Notes: generated by a model not told the origin, from the sequence alone. A DNA stretch of 64,000 bases from Eledone cirrhosa (GCA_964016885.1 OZ024742.1:350176001-350240000), one strand, 5' to 3'. Numbered from the stretch's first letter, positions 44,182 to 61,293 are shown. Numbers and translations: made by a program.

Positions 44182-44427
44182 ACTTCTTCATTACGTTTAT
44201 TGGTTAGTAACGGGCGTTTCGCCACTGATCAGCTCAAGGTTCGATCTGTATCGATTTAGCCGGACTGTAATCCGCGGCTCGTCAGAGCCTTTACAATGGT
44301 AATGGAAAAAAACTATTTTATTTCACTATAACACACTCTGTCTAGCTCTACACCTCGTCACTGAAGTGATCCTAAACACCGAGTGCTCACCCGGGTGAAC
44401 AAAAAGTAACTCCAAGTTACACTCCCT

Positions 44428-44430
<3 letters not shown>
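44182..44430. mobile_element. Insert with minus-strand HHR (44202-44289) and plus tail
   Basis: Reverse complement reads CTGACGA gccgc...gtggc GAAA cgcccg TT; stem I lost at the junction; tail motif ccgagtgctc. Confidence 0.6.
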
Positions 44431-44480
<50 letters not shown>

Positions 44481-44483
<3 letters not shown>

Positions 44484-45983
44484 ATACCCTTCTCAAACCC
44501 TTCCTCAAACACATCAAAAGCTATATAAGGGACGACCTAGATATGCTCAATCACCTCCCTAATATGACACTTTCTGAACAAACCCTACTAGTGACGTTCG
44601 ATGTAGTCAACCTATACTCCAACATGCCCCACAACCTAAGAATAGAAGCTATCCAATTTTGGCTGGATAATTTCCACAATGAACTCCCACAACGCATCAA
44701 AAAAGAATTCGTGATAGAGGGACTCAAATTTATCTTGGAGAACAATTAGTTCGTTTTCGATAACAAACCCTACAGGCAGAAATCTGGGACCGCTATGGGA
44801 ACGAAAACAGCCCCCACTTATGCCAACCTAGTCATGGGATACCTGGAAATCACCCTCTACACTAAAGTCCTAAACACATTTGGAAACACCCTCCACATAC
44901 ACATTGAAAGGAACTGGAAGCGATATCTAGATGACTGCTTCATCCTTTGGCACGAAAACATCGAACAACTTAAAGAATTTCACACCCTTATAAATGGGCT
45001 CAACACGAATATTAACTTCACGATGGAATACAGCCATCAACAACTCCCCTTCCTCGACATCCTCATTAAGATCCATAACAAAAAATAGAAACAGACATAT
45101 ACTACAAGCCCACAGACTCCAAGCAATATCTACCCTTCAACTCTTGCCACCCTAGACACGTTAAAATTAATATTCCCTACAACTTAGCCAAGAGAATCTG
45201 TACTATAGTCTCCAATTAAAACATCTGCTACTTACGGCTACAAGAACTAAAGGACACACTCATAGGCAGGGACTACCCTGCATCACTAATTGACAATGGA
45301 ATCCAACGTGCCCTAAAACTCAGTACCCAGGACCTTAGACACCCAAAAGTAAATCAACCGAAACTAAAAGCTCTTCCATACATCTCCACACACAACCCTC
45401 TCAACAATGAGGCCTTTGACACCATCCTCCAGAACATCCCTCTGTTGAAAAAGGACCATAGAATGAACCAAATTCTACGAACACAGGATATCATAAAGAG
45501 CAAAAGACAATCCAAGTCAATGAAAAACATCCTAACACATGCCAAAGTACTGCCAACCACAACGACGAAACCCACAGTAAAAAAATGCGATAGACCCAAC
45601 TGTGGCATTTGCATCAACCTAATAGAGGGTTCGGAATTTTATTTCAAAGATGGACAACGTTTTATAGTAAAACACAATTTCACATGTGCATCGGAAAATC
45701 TAATATATGTATTAACTTGCTCAGGTTGTCGAGAACAATACATAGGCCAGACCAAAAACAGCCTCCGCCAACGCATGACTGTCCATAGATCCCAAATTAA
45801 ATACGGGAATACAGGAAAATACCACTGAGTGAACACATTGATACCTGTGCCGCCCAAAATCATCCCAACTTCAGAATCTTTCCCTTCTAAAAATGTAAAG
45901 ATAATGCCACCCACACCCAGCGCATCAGCAAGGAATCTTACTTCATTAACAAATACGGACCCCGTCTAAACACTTCTCCCTAA
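44481..45983 (+). pseudogene. PLE3 RT + GIY-YIG endonuclease with stops and frameshifts
   Basis: TFDVVNLYSN, MGTKTAPTYANLVMG, WKRYLDD, LPFLD, YKPTD, SCHP, KCDRPNCGIC, NLIYVLTC..C..YIGQT..LRQRM..H. MGT..AP.YANL is the Neptune-type signature. Confidence 0.9.
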
Positions 45984-46238
45984 GATGAACCCACAACATA
46001 CACACGTCAACATACATACCTACATCAGCACACATCTCTACCCACATATAAACACAATGACATACGGAAACACACATGCTCTATGGTGCAACACAAAAAA
46101 ATATATGTGTATATATATGTGTGTATGTATATATATATATATATATATATATAGTGAATATATGTGAGAACCGATTTTACTGAAAAAATCGAATAATGTA
46201 CACCATTTTACGAGGGGGAAAAAATACTGGTCCACCCC

Positions 46239-46276
<38 letters not shown>

Positions 46277-46455
46277 CACACACACATACACACGCGTACA
46301 TTAACATACAAAGAGACTTATACACACACACACACACACACGCACTTCTCCGTATAAGACAAAAGCTGAAAAATATCTTTTGACATGCTAAAATAGCCCC
46401 CATTGCTTTCAGACACATTCTTACTGACCATCCCTGCTACCACGAATTACTCTGC

Positions 46456-46493
<38 letters not shown>

Positions 46494-46639
46494 CACACAC
46501 ACACTTATCTTAATAGCCATTTGACACCCATCCCTGCTAACCATTATCACAACATCGAACACCTTACTCCTACTACTACATACACACACACACACACATA
46601 CACACACACACATATTTGTTGTGAAAGAGTCATTTCTCA

Positions 46640-46886
46640 ATCTTGGCGCAAAACCAATTTTTTATTCACATGACCTCTACCGACCAATCAAAATTGTTTT
46701 GACCACAAGAATTTTTGCAAACACCAAGTAGCGCTGGAGCCACTTTTTTAACATAAAAACAGTCTTGGCGCAAAATCAATTTTTTACATTCACATGACCT
46801 CTACCGACCAATCAAAATTGTTTTGACCACAAGAATTTTTGCAACACCAAAGTAGCGCTGGAGTCACTTTTTTAACATAAAAACAG
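46640..46886 (+). promoter_or_regulatory. Tandemly duplicated ~124-bp block with CCAAT and TATA-like motifs
   Basis: 46640-46763 and 46764-46886 each contain gaccaatcaaaa and acataaaaacag, upstream of the HHR. Promoter role is inferred. Confidence 0.4.
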
Positions 46887-46947
46887 GTAGAATTCCCAAA
46901 ACTAATCAGATCAGAGCAAACAACACGGACACTCTATCTCAAAATTA

Positions 46948-46984
46948 TTTTTGAAAAGCATTTAGAAATGCGCAACCGGTAAAA
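46948..46984 (+). ncRNA. PLE3 hammerhead (U3-A8 core, GAAA mutated to GCAA)
   Basis: ttt TTGAAAA gcattt ag aaatgc GCAA ccgg TA aaa; same design as family A. Confidence 0.65.
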
Positions 46985-47102
46985 ACTTAAAAACTTAAAA
47001 CCACAACTGAATACTAACCCATACAATCACTAATACTCTTTTATTCCTAATTAAACCATTTTTCAACTGTGAACAATTTGTCAGCATTTTCTATTCCGTT
47101 TA

Positions 47103-47158
<56 letters not shown>

Positions 47159-47567
47159 TCAAGGACATACACTCACAGAGAGTTTAAACTTATTCAAGAG
47201 TCACATGATATTGTTTGGTTAAGTGATAGAGTTTGGGTTTAATGTTCGGTTTAAGGTTAAAAGACTATAAAAGGGGGGATTTAACTGATTATTAATTTTA
47301 CTGAAAGGGAGAAAGCTCGGTTTTCCCTGTTTTTATTTTGTTCTAGACTTATAAATTGAAAGAAGATGCGAATAAAGCAAACTAAAACATTACTGGCAAG
47401 AATATAACAATATTGCATACAATCTTTCTGCACAGGTCAACATAACACGTACACACACAAACATTATTAGTTTCTCTGTCTATGTCTTTTTCTGTCCTCT
47501 CTCTATCACGTCCAACTTTCTTTCTCCTTTTCCATATAAGCGTGAACTATATATATATATAAGCTTG

Positions 47568-47619
<52 letters not shown>

Positions 47620-47625
<6 letters not shown>

Positions 47626-48416
47626 ATACTTGGGGAGGGTCATATTGTAATAATATTGCCAGAAATAATAACAGAACACACACACTGTTTGGTTAGTTTT
47701 CGCTTCTGTATCTTTTATATCTCCATAGTTAATTCGTTTGGCCATCAATGTTTATCACTGACTGACCAACGGTCAAAAATACAGATATATATACAATATA
47801 AAAACAATAACTTATAACAGATAACAATAACTTTGATACTCGCAACACATCCACATTTGAACACTACAGAAACAATCATCAACGCCTTTTTAATTATTAG
47901 ACTATTCCCATGTATTATCTGTTGCATGTATTCCACTGTGTGCTTTTAATTTTAATTTGAATTATTGTATAATTCTCGTATAATATATGTCGCATCCATT
48001 CCACCCTGTAAATACGAAACTGTTGTTCACAACATCAATATATATGTATCTATATGATTGTTCAATTGAATAGGAGGTTAATTATATATTCAAACATTGA
48101 TAATGCTCCGATTACCCCAAAGGAAAGTTGGAAGAAACGATTGTCAGCAATAAAATGATTTGAACATAATTTTGATAACTGTGTAATTTATATCTGTATT
48201 TTTGACCGTTGGTCAGTGAGTGATAAACATTGATGGCCAAATGAATTAACTATGGAGATATAAAAGATACAGAAGCGAAAACCAACCAAACAGTGAGTGT
48301 GTTCTATTATTATTTCTGGCAATATTATTACAACAATATGACCCTCCCAAGTATAACAATATTTGTTTCGACACATGATTTCATATCAAAAACCTTGCAA
48401 AACAAATTCATCGCCG

Positions 48417-48418
<2 letters not shown>
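47620..48418. mobile_element. Family F fold-back (PLE1-related end) enclosing a family E copy (47945-48190)
   Basis: 47620-47790 is inverted at 48190-48360; gaccctcccaagtataacaat end and tail resemble PLE1; family E HHR at 48104-48149. Confidence 0.75.
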
Positions 48419-48483
<65 letters not shown>

Positions 48484-50371
48484 GATCAATTCATGTGCAT
48501 ATCTATCTGCCTATTAGTCAGTCTGCCTTCCTGCTTACATATTTATCTTGATATTGGATTTCCATACCATTGTATCTATGTAAATAGTTCTGATACTAGT
48601 TCTGTGTCCAGCAACATCTGTTTAATTTCTATCAAAATCTTACATCTTATACGGCTGTGACTATGCAAAGCGCATCACCTATTTAATACATCATGCTTTG
48701 AAGATTTAACAGGCAACATTTGTTTCAAGATAATAAGATATATTGTAACGCATCTCATTTCTATTTCTTTTCCTTCGTCGGTTCGGCCTATTTTTATCTT
48801 CCGTTGGTATTGCGCAAGAAGCGCAGTAAAGCAGAAGTGAAAATGCTTCCTTGGTGAGTAATCAGCAACGAGTTATGACGATCGATAGATTTGATATGGA
48901 ACAAGGAAAATATCAGTAATGCAAAAGTTAATGATTTTAAATTCTAATACATAGTAGCTGAGATTAATTCCGAAATGTCATTTCAATGAAGGCATACGGT
49001 CAGGGAGAGAAGGAAGGAGATTACTAGTCTGATGTTAAAATTGATGATTTATGAAGAATCGGTCGGAAAATACCGACTTTTTGCTCTGCTTCCCACACTG
49101 ATATTTAACATCTCACATCTAAATTCCAATCAATGGAAGAAGATTAAGAGAAAGAAACGAAAATTACGAAGAATTTTAAAATAGATTAAGGAAACGGTGA
49201 AGAGTTTTTATTAGCGTGACCAATTTAGAGAAAGTGTTTCCTGAAAGTAGCTTTAATAATTAGTAAACTTTCCAAACGTCAGATGTAATCAGATATTGCA
49301 TTTGTGAAGCAGTTTCTTACATGGTAACAAAACTTTTAAGTGTTCGTTAGTCAAGTTAAACAGCTACCAGTTTACTTCCAGACTTTGTAAGATTCTGAAG
49401 GAAATCAATTCTTATTTTACAACGCATCAACTATGTCGTAACTACCATTTATTATTATCATCTATCACGTATTCATCATCGTTTCGGTGTCTAGTAAAGA
49501 GCGTATATATTTCCGACATATCGATTCAAACATTCGTTGGAGAATTAATTGTTCTGTTGTATTTATGATTAGCTATTAGCAACATAACGAGAGTTACTAC
49601 TGATCTAGTGAAGGAAATGTCAGCCTCCTTATCAAAAATACATCAGTTTGTATCCTGTAAGATTATATAGTTACAACAGTCATCTATCAATGAACCAGTC
49701 CACATTCCTGTAACTAAGTACTATAGAGATCTAACAGACATAGAGATGTAATAGAGACACTGTAATGAAACTAAAACATGTGACAACTTGTTGGCCTATT
49801 AGATTACAGTTCTGAGTTCAAATCTTTCTTTCACTCAAGCTTCTATAAGACGGATTGCTTTTAGTCAAGAGATTTTTAAAGTGCGTTCAGAAGGACCACA
49901 CTATTTCACGAAAAACTGCTATGATTCCTCGGGTTAACGTATGTTTTAACCCATTTAATACCAAGCTGAAATCATTCTGATTTTACAATACAAAACAATT
50001 GTTTGAAAGTGCTCTCTCCCTCTTTCTCTTCTCTCTCCCTCATCTCTCTCTCTTCTTTCTCTTTTTCCTTTCTCTCCCAACTCTCCATTTCTCTCTCCCA
50101 CTCTCCATCCCTCTCCCCTATCGTCTCACCTGCCAGATAAATGAGAAATGGTATTATATATTTAATCCTTTACCCGAATTACATAACTCCGAGATATGAG
50201 CTGAGGACTCCTCTCAAGAGAGGAAGGACACGTCAGCTCCCATCTCACTATCAGTTTTACTATGAAATACCAAGAAACATGACAGTCAAAATAAACATGA
50301 ACATGTCAACAATTAGAGCACCACAACTACCCACATCATTACTAGCAGCAGAAGCAACACTGCCGCCGGCA

Positions 50372-50492
50372 CAAGAAGAAGAAGAAGAAGAAGAAGAAGA
50401 AGAAGAAGAAGAAGAAGAAGAAGAAGAAGAAGAAGAAGAAGAAGAAGAAGAAGAAGAAGAAGAAGAAGAAGAAGAAGAAGAAGAAGAAGAAG
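50372..50492. repeat. (GAA)n microsatellite
   Basis: Pure repeat. Confidence 0.98.
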
Positions 50493-50913
50493 AAATCCAG
50501 ACAGGATGGTAATATGTGAGAAATCAGTGGACCGATCTGATCTATTCTTCCAATACACTAAATGTCTTAGACTAAACAACAACAACAACATGACAAAGAT
50601 GACAACAGCAACAACAATATCAACAATATCCTGCCTTTAAACTAACTTAGTTATTACTTTCCTAACTTCCAATATCCACACGGCCGCTGTTTATCTCAAT
50701 GTTTTTTTAACCAATCAAATGGAGAGAAATATCCCCACCCTGGGTGGAAACCAAACCTGTCGTAGATAAACATCTGAAAAATCTTTTAATGGATCTTGGA
50801 AGGTGACATATTGTATTGTTAAACAGTTTTTATAATTCATTTGACATCCGCTGTGTTGAAGTGGTTGTCAGACAGTACTTAGTCTGTAGACGAATAGAAG
50901 CTATATTCTATAA

Positions 50914-51306
50914 ATTATTGTTTCTACTTTTGGCACAAGGCCAGCAATTACCAAGTACATTACTGGTACTTTATTTTATGGACCCCGTAAGGATGAGAGG
51001 CAAAGTTAACCTCGACGGGATTTGAACTCAGACCGTAAAGAGACGTAACTATGCTAGAAAGCATGGCGTCCAACCTTCTACCGACACTGCCAATTCAATA
51101 CTGATATTCTATAAATAATTGTTTCTACTTTTGGCACAAGGACAGCAATTATCCCAGTGTATTACTGGTACTGTATTTTATCGACCCCGTACGGATGAAA
51201 GGCAAAGTTAACCTTGGCGGGATGTGAACTCAGTCCGTAAAGGGATGTAACTGTGCTGCAAAGCATGGCGTCCGACCCTCTACCGATACTGCCAATCCAC
51301 CGCCCC
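50914..51306 (-). mobile_element. Two tandem tRNA-type SINEs
   Basis: Copies at ~50914-51096 and ~51115-51306. Confidence 0.85.
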
Positions 51307-52192
51307 TGTATAAATATTGTATAATGTTATCGAGAGTTAAATTAATGTCTGGAATTTTCTTCAACACTTCAATATGTATGGATCTACTGAAGAAAGGGCC
51401 TATGGGTAAGGTGTAGAATTCACTCTCTTCACTACAGAAGGTAACGAGTCTACCGCTAAGTCAATGGTTGTACTGCTTCTTATTGAAATGAACAACACCA
51501 TCTCAGGTGCTAACTCAAATATTAAGCAGCCTCGTCAGTTTATATATAGCTAAGTGTCTTAGCCTGATGGTTAGGCTTAGGAACTTAATGTGAGTTCGAT
51601 TCCTGGAACGGGTGGCGCGTTGTAAGCTAAATGTAAACACTTCATTACACATTGATTTAAACAACCCAACTGAAAACGAAGACTACCACCAGCAGTTGTG
51701 GATTAACCCTGCATTGGACTTACGTCCTGTCTAAGATAGACTTTTGTACTTGGAGTCATTTACTGACAATAAAACCGCGATAATCTTCGACCTGATAAGT
51801 CTCAATGCTTAATACAGATTTCAGTCATTTTTAAAATTTTTTACCAAGAACAGAAATAAATGCTATTAACAATAACGAAACCAGTGATAATTGTTCATAC
51901 ACTATGGGCAGGACAGAAATACCTTTAGTATAACTAAAGGTAAACAAAGAAAATAAAGACAAAACAAAACATGTCATAGAGACATGATGCAAATTAAAGA
52001 CATAACATCAGAAATAACGAAATTTAATCATTTTATAAAACAACATCTTTAACGAGAACAACAATTAGAAAATAAATCTTGTTTCATACTCTGCCAGATA
52101 GAAGGAGGACTTTTATAGAAAATGACCGAGTCAAGACAAATTGAAGACCTCATAATATAGTAATGATTTCTTTATTTATATAGTAATAATAA

Positions 52193-52938
52193 TAATTGTT
52201 TCTAATTTATACACAATGCCAGCAATTTAGGAAGAGGGGAAATCGATTAATTTGGCCCCAGTGTATTACTGGTACTTTATTTCATCGACCCGGTACGGAT
52301 GAAAGACAAAGCAAACCTCGGCGAGATTTGAAATTAGAACGTAAAGGGCCATAAGTTTATACCGCTAAGCACGTTGTCCAATGATCTCGCGATACTGCCA
52401 AAACACTTCCCTAATAATTGTTTCTACTTTAGGCACAAGGCCAGCAATTTTGGGGGAGGGGAAATCGACCCCAGTACGTTACTGGTACTTAATTTTATCA
52501 ACCCCTTAAGGATGAAAGACAAAGCTAACTTCGGTTGGATTTGAACTCAGAACGTAAAGGGCCGTAACTCTATGCTACAAAGCATGTTGTCCGATGATCT
52601 ACCGATTACTGTCAATCTACTGCCCTTTACTAATCCAAAACAACAACAACAACAATATAATTTACAAATATTTTCACTACATCAGTAGTAACCACACCTA
52701 TATATTACCACCATTATTAGGGGTGGTGGACTGGCAGTAATTGGTAGAGCGCCGAATAAAATACTTTGCGTATTTAGTTACGGCGTTACATGTTTTGAGA
52801 CAAATCCCACTAAAATAAACTTTACCTGTAATCTATTCAGAGGTCGATAAAATAAAATACCAGTAAAATACTGGCGCCGATATAATTGACTTTACACTTC
52901 CGGCAAATTGTTGGTCTTGTTCCTGTTTTAGAAAGAAT
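52193..52938. mobile_element. SINE cluster: two minus copies (52193-52412, 52414-52626) and one old plus copy (52720-52938)
   Basis: Each has A/B boxes and the gtcgataaaataaagtaccagta core. Confidence 0.8.
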
Positions 52939-53014
52939 TAGTTCACCAAATATTGAAATATAACCAGGAAAGTAGTCAGTATTCTAAAAAACAACTGTGA
53001 CATCTACACAGACG

Positions 53015-53221
53015 ATGCTCACCATCACCACCACTACAACCACCACCATCATCGCCACCTGCACCACCATCAAGACCGCAAACACCACCACCATCGCCAC
53101 CAAGACTACCATCACCATCATCACAAAGACCACGAACACCACCACTATTACCATCATCAACAAGAGCAGCACCACCACCACTACCACCAATAACATCAAC
53201 AACGACATCAACAACATCAAC

Positions 53222-53252
<31 letters not shown>
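53015..53252. repeat. Degenerate (CAC/CAA)n microsatellite
   Basis: Visible trinucleotide repeat. Confidence 0.9.
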
Positions 53253-53774
53253 TGTCTAATAAATTTCTAACAAGAAAATCTATTCCAAAATAAAAAGTAA
53301 AATGTCAGCTAATGGACGTCATTTTGTATCAAGTTTCCCGTCTGACTTCCGCTTACACTTTCTATATTTATTACAATAGTATTTCTATTGGTCGCCATAG
53401 AGGGGCTTCTTTACACTATTTCACTATAATATACAGGTTCTATTTAGTTGTTACGTATGTATTAATACGTCTGCTTGTTATGGAATATTTAATAATTCTA
53501 CTATACATGTGTGTATATGTAACAGACACACACTCACATATATGTGTAAAAGGTAAACAGAAACAACAACACAAACGGTAAAGTATATGGGAGGAATATA
53601 TTAGTTTAATGCTTGAAATAGCAGGAAAAGGGTCGTAACGTTCGGACACTAGTCCTTCATCAGAAGAAAGAATGAGAATTTAACAGATAGAAGGAACCCG
53701 TGGGGCGGAATCGAAAAATAAAATTTTTTAGAGAAAATTAACAGGTCCATTCGCGTTGCCATCTCTCTGTGTGC

Positions 53775-53825
<51 letters not shown>

Positions 53826-53833
<8 letters not shown>

Positions 53834-54390
53834 TAAAAAAATAATGAATAAAACAATGAAACAGTTCCTTATATTAAACAAAAAAAGTTCATTATTTAAC
53901 GATCGTTTCTGGGATATATATGTGTTAGAATTGGCATGTATATTTAACAGATCTATGTACAAAATTATACAAAATTATACAAACTATCAAAATTAAATAC
54001 ACATACCAACTCATATATATGCCGTCTTCAGAAATAATGAAATTATTTCTGAAGACGGCATATATATGAGTTGGTATGTGTATTTAATTTTGATAGTTTG
54101 TATAATTTTGTATAATTTTGTACATAGATCTGTTAAATATACATGCCAATTCTAACACATATATATCCCAGAAACGATCGTTAAATAATGAACTTTTTTT
54201 GTTTAATATAAGGAACTGTTTCATTGTTTTATTCATTATTTTTTTAATATTTTATCTTGACTCTGTATTCCGTTTATCTTTCACCGAAAGTGATTTTTCA
54301 TTGCATCTCTTCTTTCCATGATATCCGGATTACATTGAGTTCTTCATACGGATTGGACACTACCGTAAACTCTTGGTAGATTTATCTACA
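53826..54390. mobile_element. Family J fold-back insert
   Basis: Near-perfect arms 53826-54038 and 54042-54254, 3-nt loop, ~135-nt tail; (TA)n flanks. Confidence 0.9.
54042..54189 (+). ncRNA. Type I hammerhead ribozyme with ~115-nt stem II
   Basis: attattt CTGAAGA cggcatatatatgagttggtatgtgtatttaa...ttaaatatacatgccaatt..catatatatccca GAAA cgatcg TT aaataat. Confidence 0.8.
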
Positions 54391-54434
54391 TATATATATA
54401 TATATTTATTTTTTTCTTCTTCGGAAATACTTAA

Positions 54435-54513
<79 letters not shown>

Positions 54514-54517
<4 letters not shown>

Positions 54518-54706
54518 AATTGTGGTAAGGAACCAGATGGACCATAACGCACCAGAGTACTCAATACTTAGGGTAGTAGAGTGGGAAATAGGAAAAAGTA
54601 TGACCCCGACGGCAGAGCTCAAGCCGTTTCGACGGCTATTTCTGGAGTCCAGAAATAGCCGCCGAAACGGCTTGAGCTCTGCCGTCGGGGGCATACTTTT
54701 TCCTAC
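54514..54706. mobile_element. Family B fold-back insert
   Basis: Arms meet at tctgga g tccaga (~54646). Confidence 0.85.
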
Positions 54707-54744
<38 letters not shown>

Positions 54745-54745
<1 letters not shown>

Positions 54746-54962
54746 GTAATGATAATAAATGTGAAGACTAAAGTCCAAAGAGGGTTTGTTAAGGATAAAT
54801 ATATATCAAATATATAAGAACCCTAGAGCAAATATTTATTAACATAACAGATTAAAGTTTAAGCAAAGAATCGCTGCTTTCACCCTTAACGGGATCTTCT
54901 GAAGATTCCGTTAATGGTGAAAGCAGCGATTCTTTGCTTAAACTTTAATCTGTTATTTTAAT
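54745..54962. mobile_element. Family K fold-back insert with HHR-like core
   Basis: Arms meet at atcttc t gaagat (54900); CTGAAGA..ggt GAAA gc a gc; cleavage triplet non-canonical. Confidence 0.7.
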
Positions 54963-54989
54963 ATATATATATATATATATGTATGTATA

Positions 54990-55270
54990 TATAAAACAAC
55001 AGGAGGCTGGACTGGCGTAAATCCCCGAAAGGTTTATTACACCATGATCATTTCAATGACCGGGTTCCATATGAATCTGGTGATATCATCACCTTTCGTG
55101 GATTTACACCAGTCCAGCCTCCTGTTGTTTTATAATTAACTCCGTATTCGCACCATCAACTACACAAACGAAGATGGGTGAACTGCACAGCGTTGAGTAC
55201 TCTTTACAATATTACACCAGGATTGACCATACGGAATGACTAGTTCTATCCAGTGGTGAACCAACAAACC
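54990..55270. mobile_element. Family L fold-back insert
   Basis: 54990-55041 is inverted at 55091-55133; minus spacer has GAAA tgatca T; ~135-nt tail. Confidence 0.7.
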
Positions 55271-55282
55271 TATATATATATA

Positions 55283-55475
55283 TAACGAAGGAAATGTGGT
55301 AAGGAATCAGGTGGACCATAACGCACCAAAGTACTCAATACTTAGGGTAGTAGAGTGGGTAATAGGTACGAGTAGGACACCGACGCTGAGCTCAAGCCGT
55401 TTCGACGGCTAGTTCTGGATTCAGAATTAGCCGTCGAAACGGCTTGAGCTCAGCCGTCGGGGTCCTACTCGTTCC
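55283..55475. mobile_element. Family B fold-back insert
   Basis: Arms meet near 55419; (TA)n flanks. Confidence 0.85.
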
Positions 55476-55494
55476 TATATATATATATATATAT

Positions 55495-58214
<2,720 letters not shown>

Positions 58215-58441
58215 CACATAACTGAAGAACGTGAAACAGCAGCAACTCCGATGTCTCATTTATTCCTCTAAACCATGTATCGTGGAAAACAATGGTTTTT
58301 ACCATCTTCTTACGACCAACTCGCTGTCATTTAGAGCCTTAATAATTATTGTATCGATGTGATTATTCTTAATTATTATTGAGAGTTATCTCCTCCTCCT
58401 CCTCCTCCTCCTCCTCCTCCTCCTCCTCCTCCTCCTCCTCC

Positions 58442-58472
<31 letters not shown>

Positions 58473-58572
58473 TCTCCTCCTCCTCCTCCCCCTTCTGTTG
58501 CTCCTCCTCCACACTTCAGAAAACAGAAATGAGAAAAACCGTTATATTATGTCATGATTATTTGCAGATACA

Positions 58573-58763
58573 GGGCGTTGGATTGGCAGTATCGGTAGAG
58601 GGTCGGACGCCTTGCTTTGTAGCATAGAGTTAAGGCCCTTTATCATCTGAGTTCAAATCCCAACAAGGTTAAATTTGCCTTTCATCCTTACGGGGTCGAT
58701 AAAATAAAGTACCAGTAATGTGCTGGGTAATTGCTGGCCTTGTGCCAAAAGTAGAAACAATTA
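58573..58763 (+). mobile_element. tRNA-type SINE, full length
   Basis: A-box tggcagtatcgg, B-box gagttcaaatcc, core and tail. Confidence 0.88.
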
Positions 58764-58817
58764 TTTCCAGACAGTAATCTGTGAATTAAAGAGATGTGGT
58801 GGTGATAATAATAATGA

Positions 58818-58872
58818 TAGTAGTAGTAGTAGCAGTAGTGGTAGTAGTAGTAGTAGTAGTAGTAGCAGTAGC

Positions 58873-58937
<65 letters not shown>

Positions 58938-59043
58938 CAGTAGTGGTAGTAGTAGTTGTAATACTAGTAGTAGTAGTAGTAGTAGTAGTGGTAGTAGTAG
59001 TAGTCGTAGCAGCAGTAGTAGTAGTAGTGGCAGTAGTAGTAGT

Positions 59044-59084
<41 letters not shown>

Positions 59085-59121
59085 TAGTGGCAGTAGTAGT
59101 AGTAGTAGCTACAGCAGCAGC

Positions 59122-59166
<45 letters not shown>
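58818..59166. repeat. (AGT/AGC)n microsatellite
   Basis: Visible repeat. Confidence 0.97.
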
Positions 59167-59167
<1 letters not shown>

Positions 59168-59495
59168 ATAGATAAACAAACATAATGGAGATAAACAACT
59201 TTATCTCCATTATCCCCCTTTCCATCTTCTCCCTCCATCCTATTCACCCACACCTTCCTTTGTCTTGTCTGTCACCGTCTACCTCATTATTTATGCAGTA
59301 CTATATCCTATTTTTTGTGGAAACTTGGCAGAGTCGTTAGAAGGCCGCATGCTTGGTGGTATTAATTCCGGCTTACTGTGCTCTTTCATTCCAAATAACG
59401 TCGAGATCACCATTGACTTTCATCCTCCGGAGCTCGATCAAAGAAATATGGAAACCAATACAGTACATGGGTTGTTTTTTCTTTATATATTTTGA

Positions 59496-59529
<34 letters not shown>

Positions 59530-59935
59530 TTATGGAAGGTATAAGTGCGTTCAGATCTGGAGAGAGGATAAATTCCAACATTTCTAGAAAGTGTCCTTGA
59601 CGTATGGACACTTACACTCCTACGACTCCATCAGGAGTTACCGGTTCTTATATACATTTCTAAGTTATCTCACACCTCATTCAAATCGTATTCTATTAAC
59701 TTTTACTTTTTCTTTATATTCTTCCCCTTTCTGTTGATAGCTTTCAGTATTGTTTGTCAGACTATTTATCGGTGTACATTCGCTACCTTCCCCACCAATA
59801 TCAAAGACATTTCTACCGTGTTCCTCTTTCAACTTTATAGAAAAGAGGAATGTAACTACTTTATTGAATTACAGCTGGTCATTGGAAGAATCTTGAGAGA
59901 TGTACTAGTAGAGAGAAATGGATACAAACCCCTGT

Positions 59936-60095
59936 GGGTGGATTGGCAGTATCGGTAGAGGGTCGGCCCTTTATGGTCTGAGTTCAAATCCCACCGAGGT
60001 TAACTTTGCCTTTCATCCTTACGGGGTCGATAAAATAAAGTACCAGTAATACACTGGTTTAATTGCTGGCCTTGTGCCAAAAGTAGAAACAATTA
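59936..60095 (+). mobile_element. tRNA-type SINE with short internal deletion
   Basis: Matches 58573-58763. Confidence 0.88.
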
Positions 60096-60710
60096 TAAAG
60101 TTCCGACGGAAACCTTATATTGAAGCACCTTTATAAATCTCTGGTGTGATTAAGCATTTTCATTAAGGGCAGACATTTTGAGAATTGTTTACTTAATACT
60201 ATGAAAGACATACGACTGGAGAGAAGGGATTAAATAAAGTTATTTACTAGGAAGTCTTACACATTTACATAATTATTTTTTTCTTTAGTACCTCAAACCT
60301 CGTCATTTATATCTATTTCTCGTTACATTTAATATATGAGACTTCACATATCATTATCAAAGTGATACCCAAATTAATTATTTAAAGAGATTAAGTTGTA
60401 TTCCGTACTTTCATAAGGTTTTGTCATACAGATAGATACACATTATATATTATAACATTTCTTCGTAAATTTAGTTAGCCCAAGGGAAGTAAATAGTATT
60501 AAGAAATAACAACTGAAAGCTAATGAGATATCCAAAGATATAGACAGAGAAATTGCAATGATATCACATTAGGAAATATCACGGTATAGTATATAATCTA
60601 TGTTGTGGCCATGTGATAATTATTGTAGGTTCTATCACACTCATACATACATCCCCCACTCAACACACGTGTGCGTGCGCGTTTACATAGATACATATGC
60701 ATACACACAA

Positions 60711-60758
<48 letters not shown>

Positions 60759-60761
<3 letters not shown>

Positions 60762-60935
60762 TAGTAACACAACAGTTAGTTCACCATACCGAGGACAATT
60801 GTTTCACCTAGTCATAAGGTGTAACAATTGTTCTCGGTATGATGAACTAACTGTTGTGTTACTACTTGTACCTAACTCGTCCCATGGACTGAGTGCTCTA
60901 CTACTACAGATATTACCTTCCAGTGTTCTACCCCC
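60759..60935. mobile_element. Fold-back insert carrying the 3' half of an HHR
   Basis: Arms 60759-60809 and 60817-60867; minus arm reads aggt GAAA caattg TC; tail motif ctgagtgctc. Confidence 0.75.
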
Positions 60936-60946
60936 TCTCTCTCCAC

Positions 60947-61032
<86 letters not shown>

Positions 61033-61176
61033 TATGTATGTATATATATTTGAATGTGAAAACACCACAGACATTTTTGTGATTATGAAAAATAGTCTAT
61101 TTTGGGCATTTAAACCCTTAAGAAATATTTGTACTGCACCGCCCGTGGGATTTGAACTCATACCTAAAATATACCG

Positions 61177-61293
<117 letters not shown>

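Larger units (their letters stand above)
44481..47106 (+). mobile_element. PLE3: Neptune-like Penelope element, 5'-truncated
   Basis: RT-EN ORF, CA-rich 3' region, duplicated 124-bp block, HHR at 46948-46984; (TA)n at both ends. Confidence 0.9.

Noticed and set aside
53630-53668. Minus-strand HHR (CTGATGA a ggac tagt gtcc GAA); similar weak motifs near 8705-8755, 27531-27616, 43845-43872 and 47156-47205
   Set aside because: Core or stem I is too degenerate to call; possibly old remnants.
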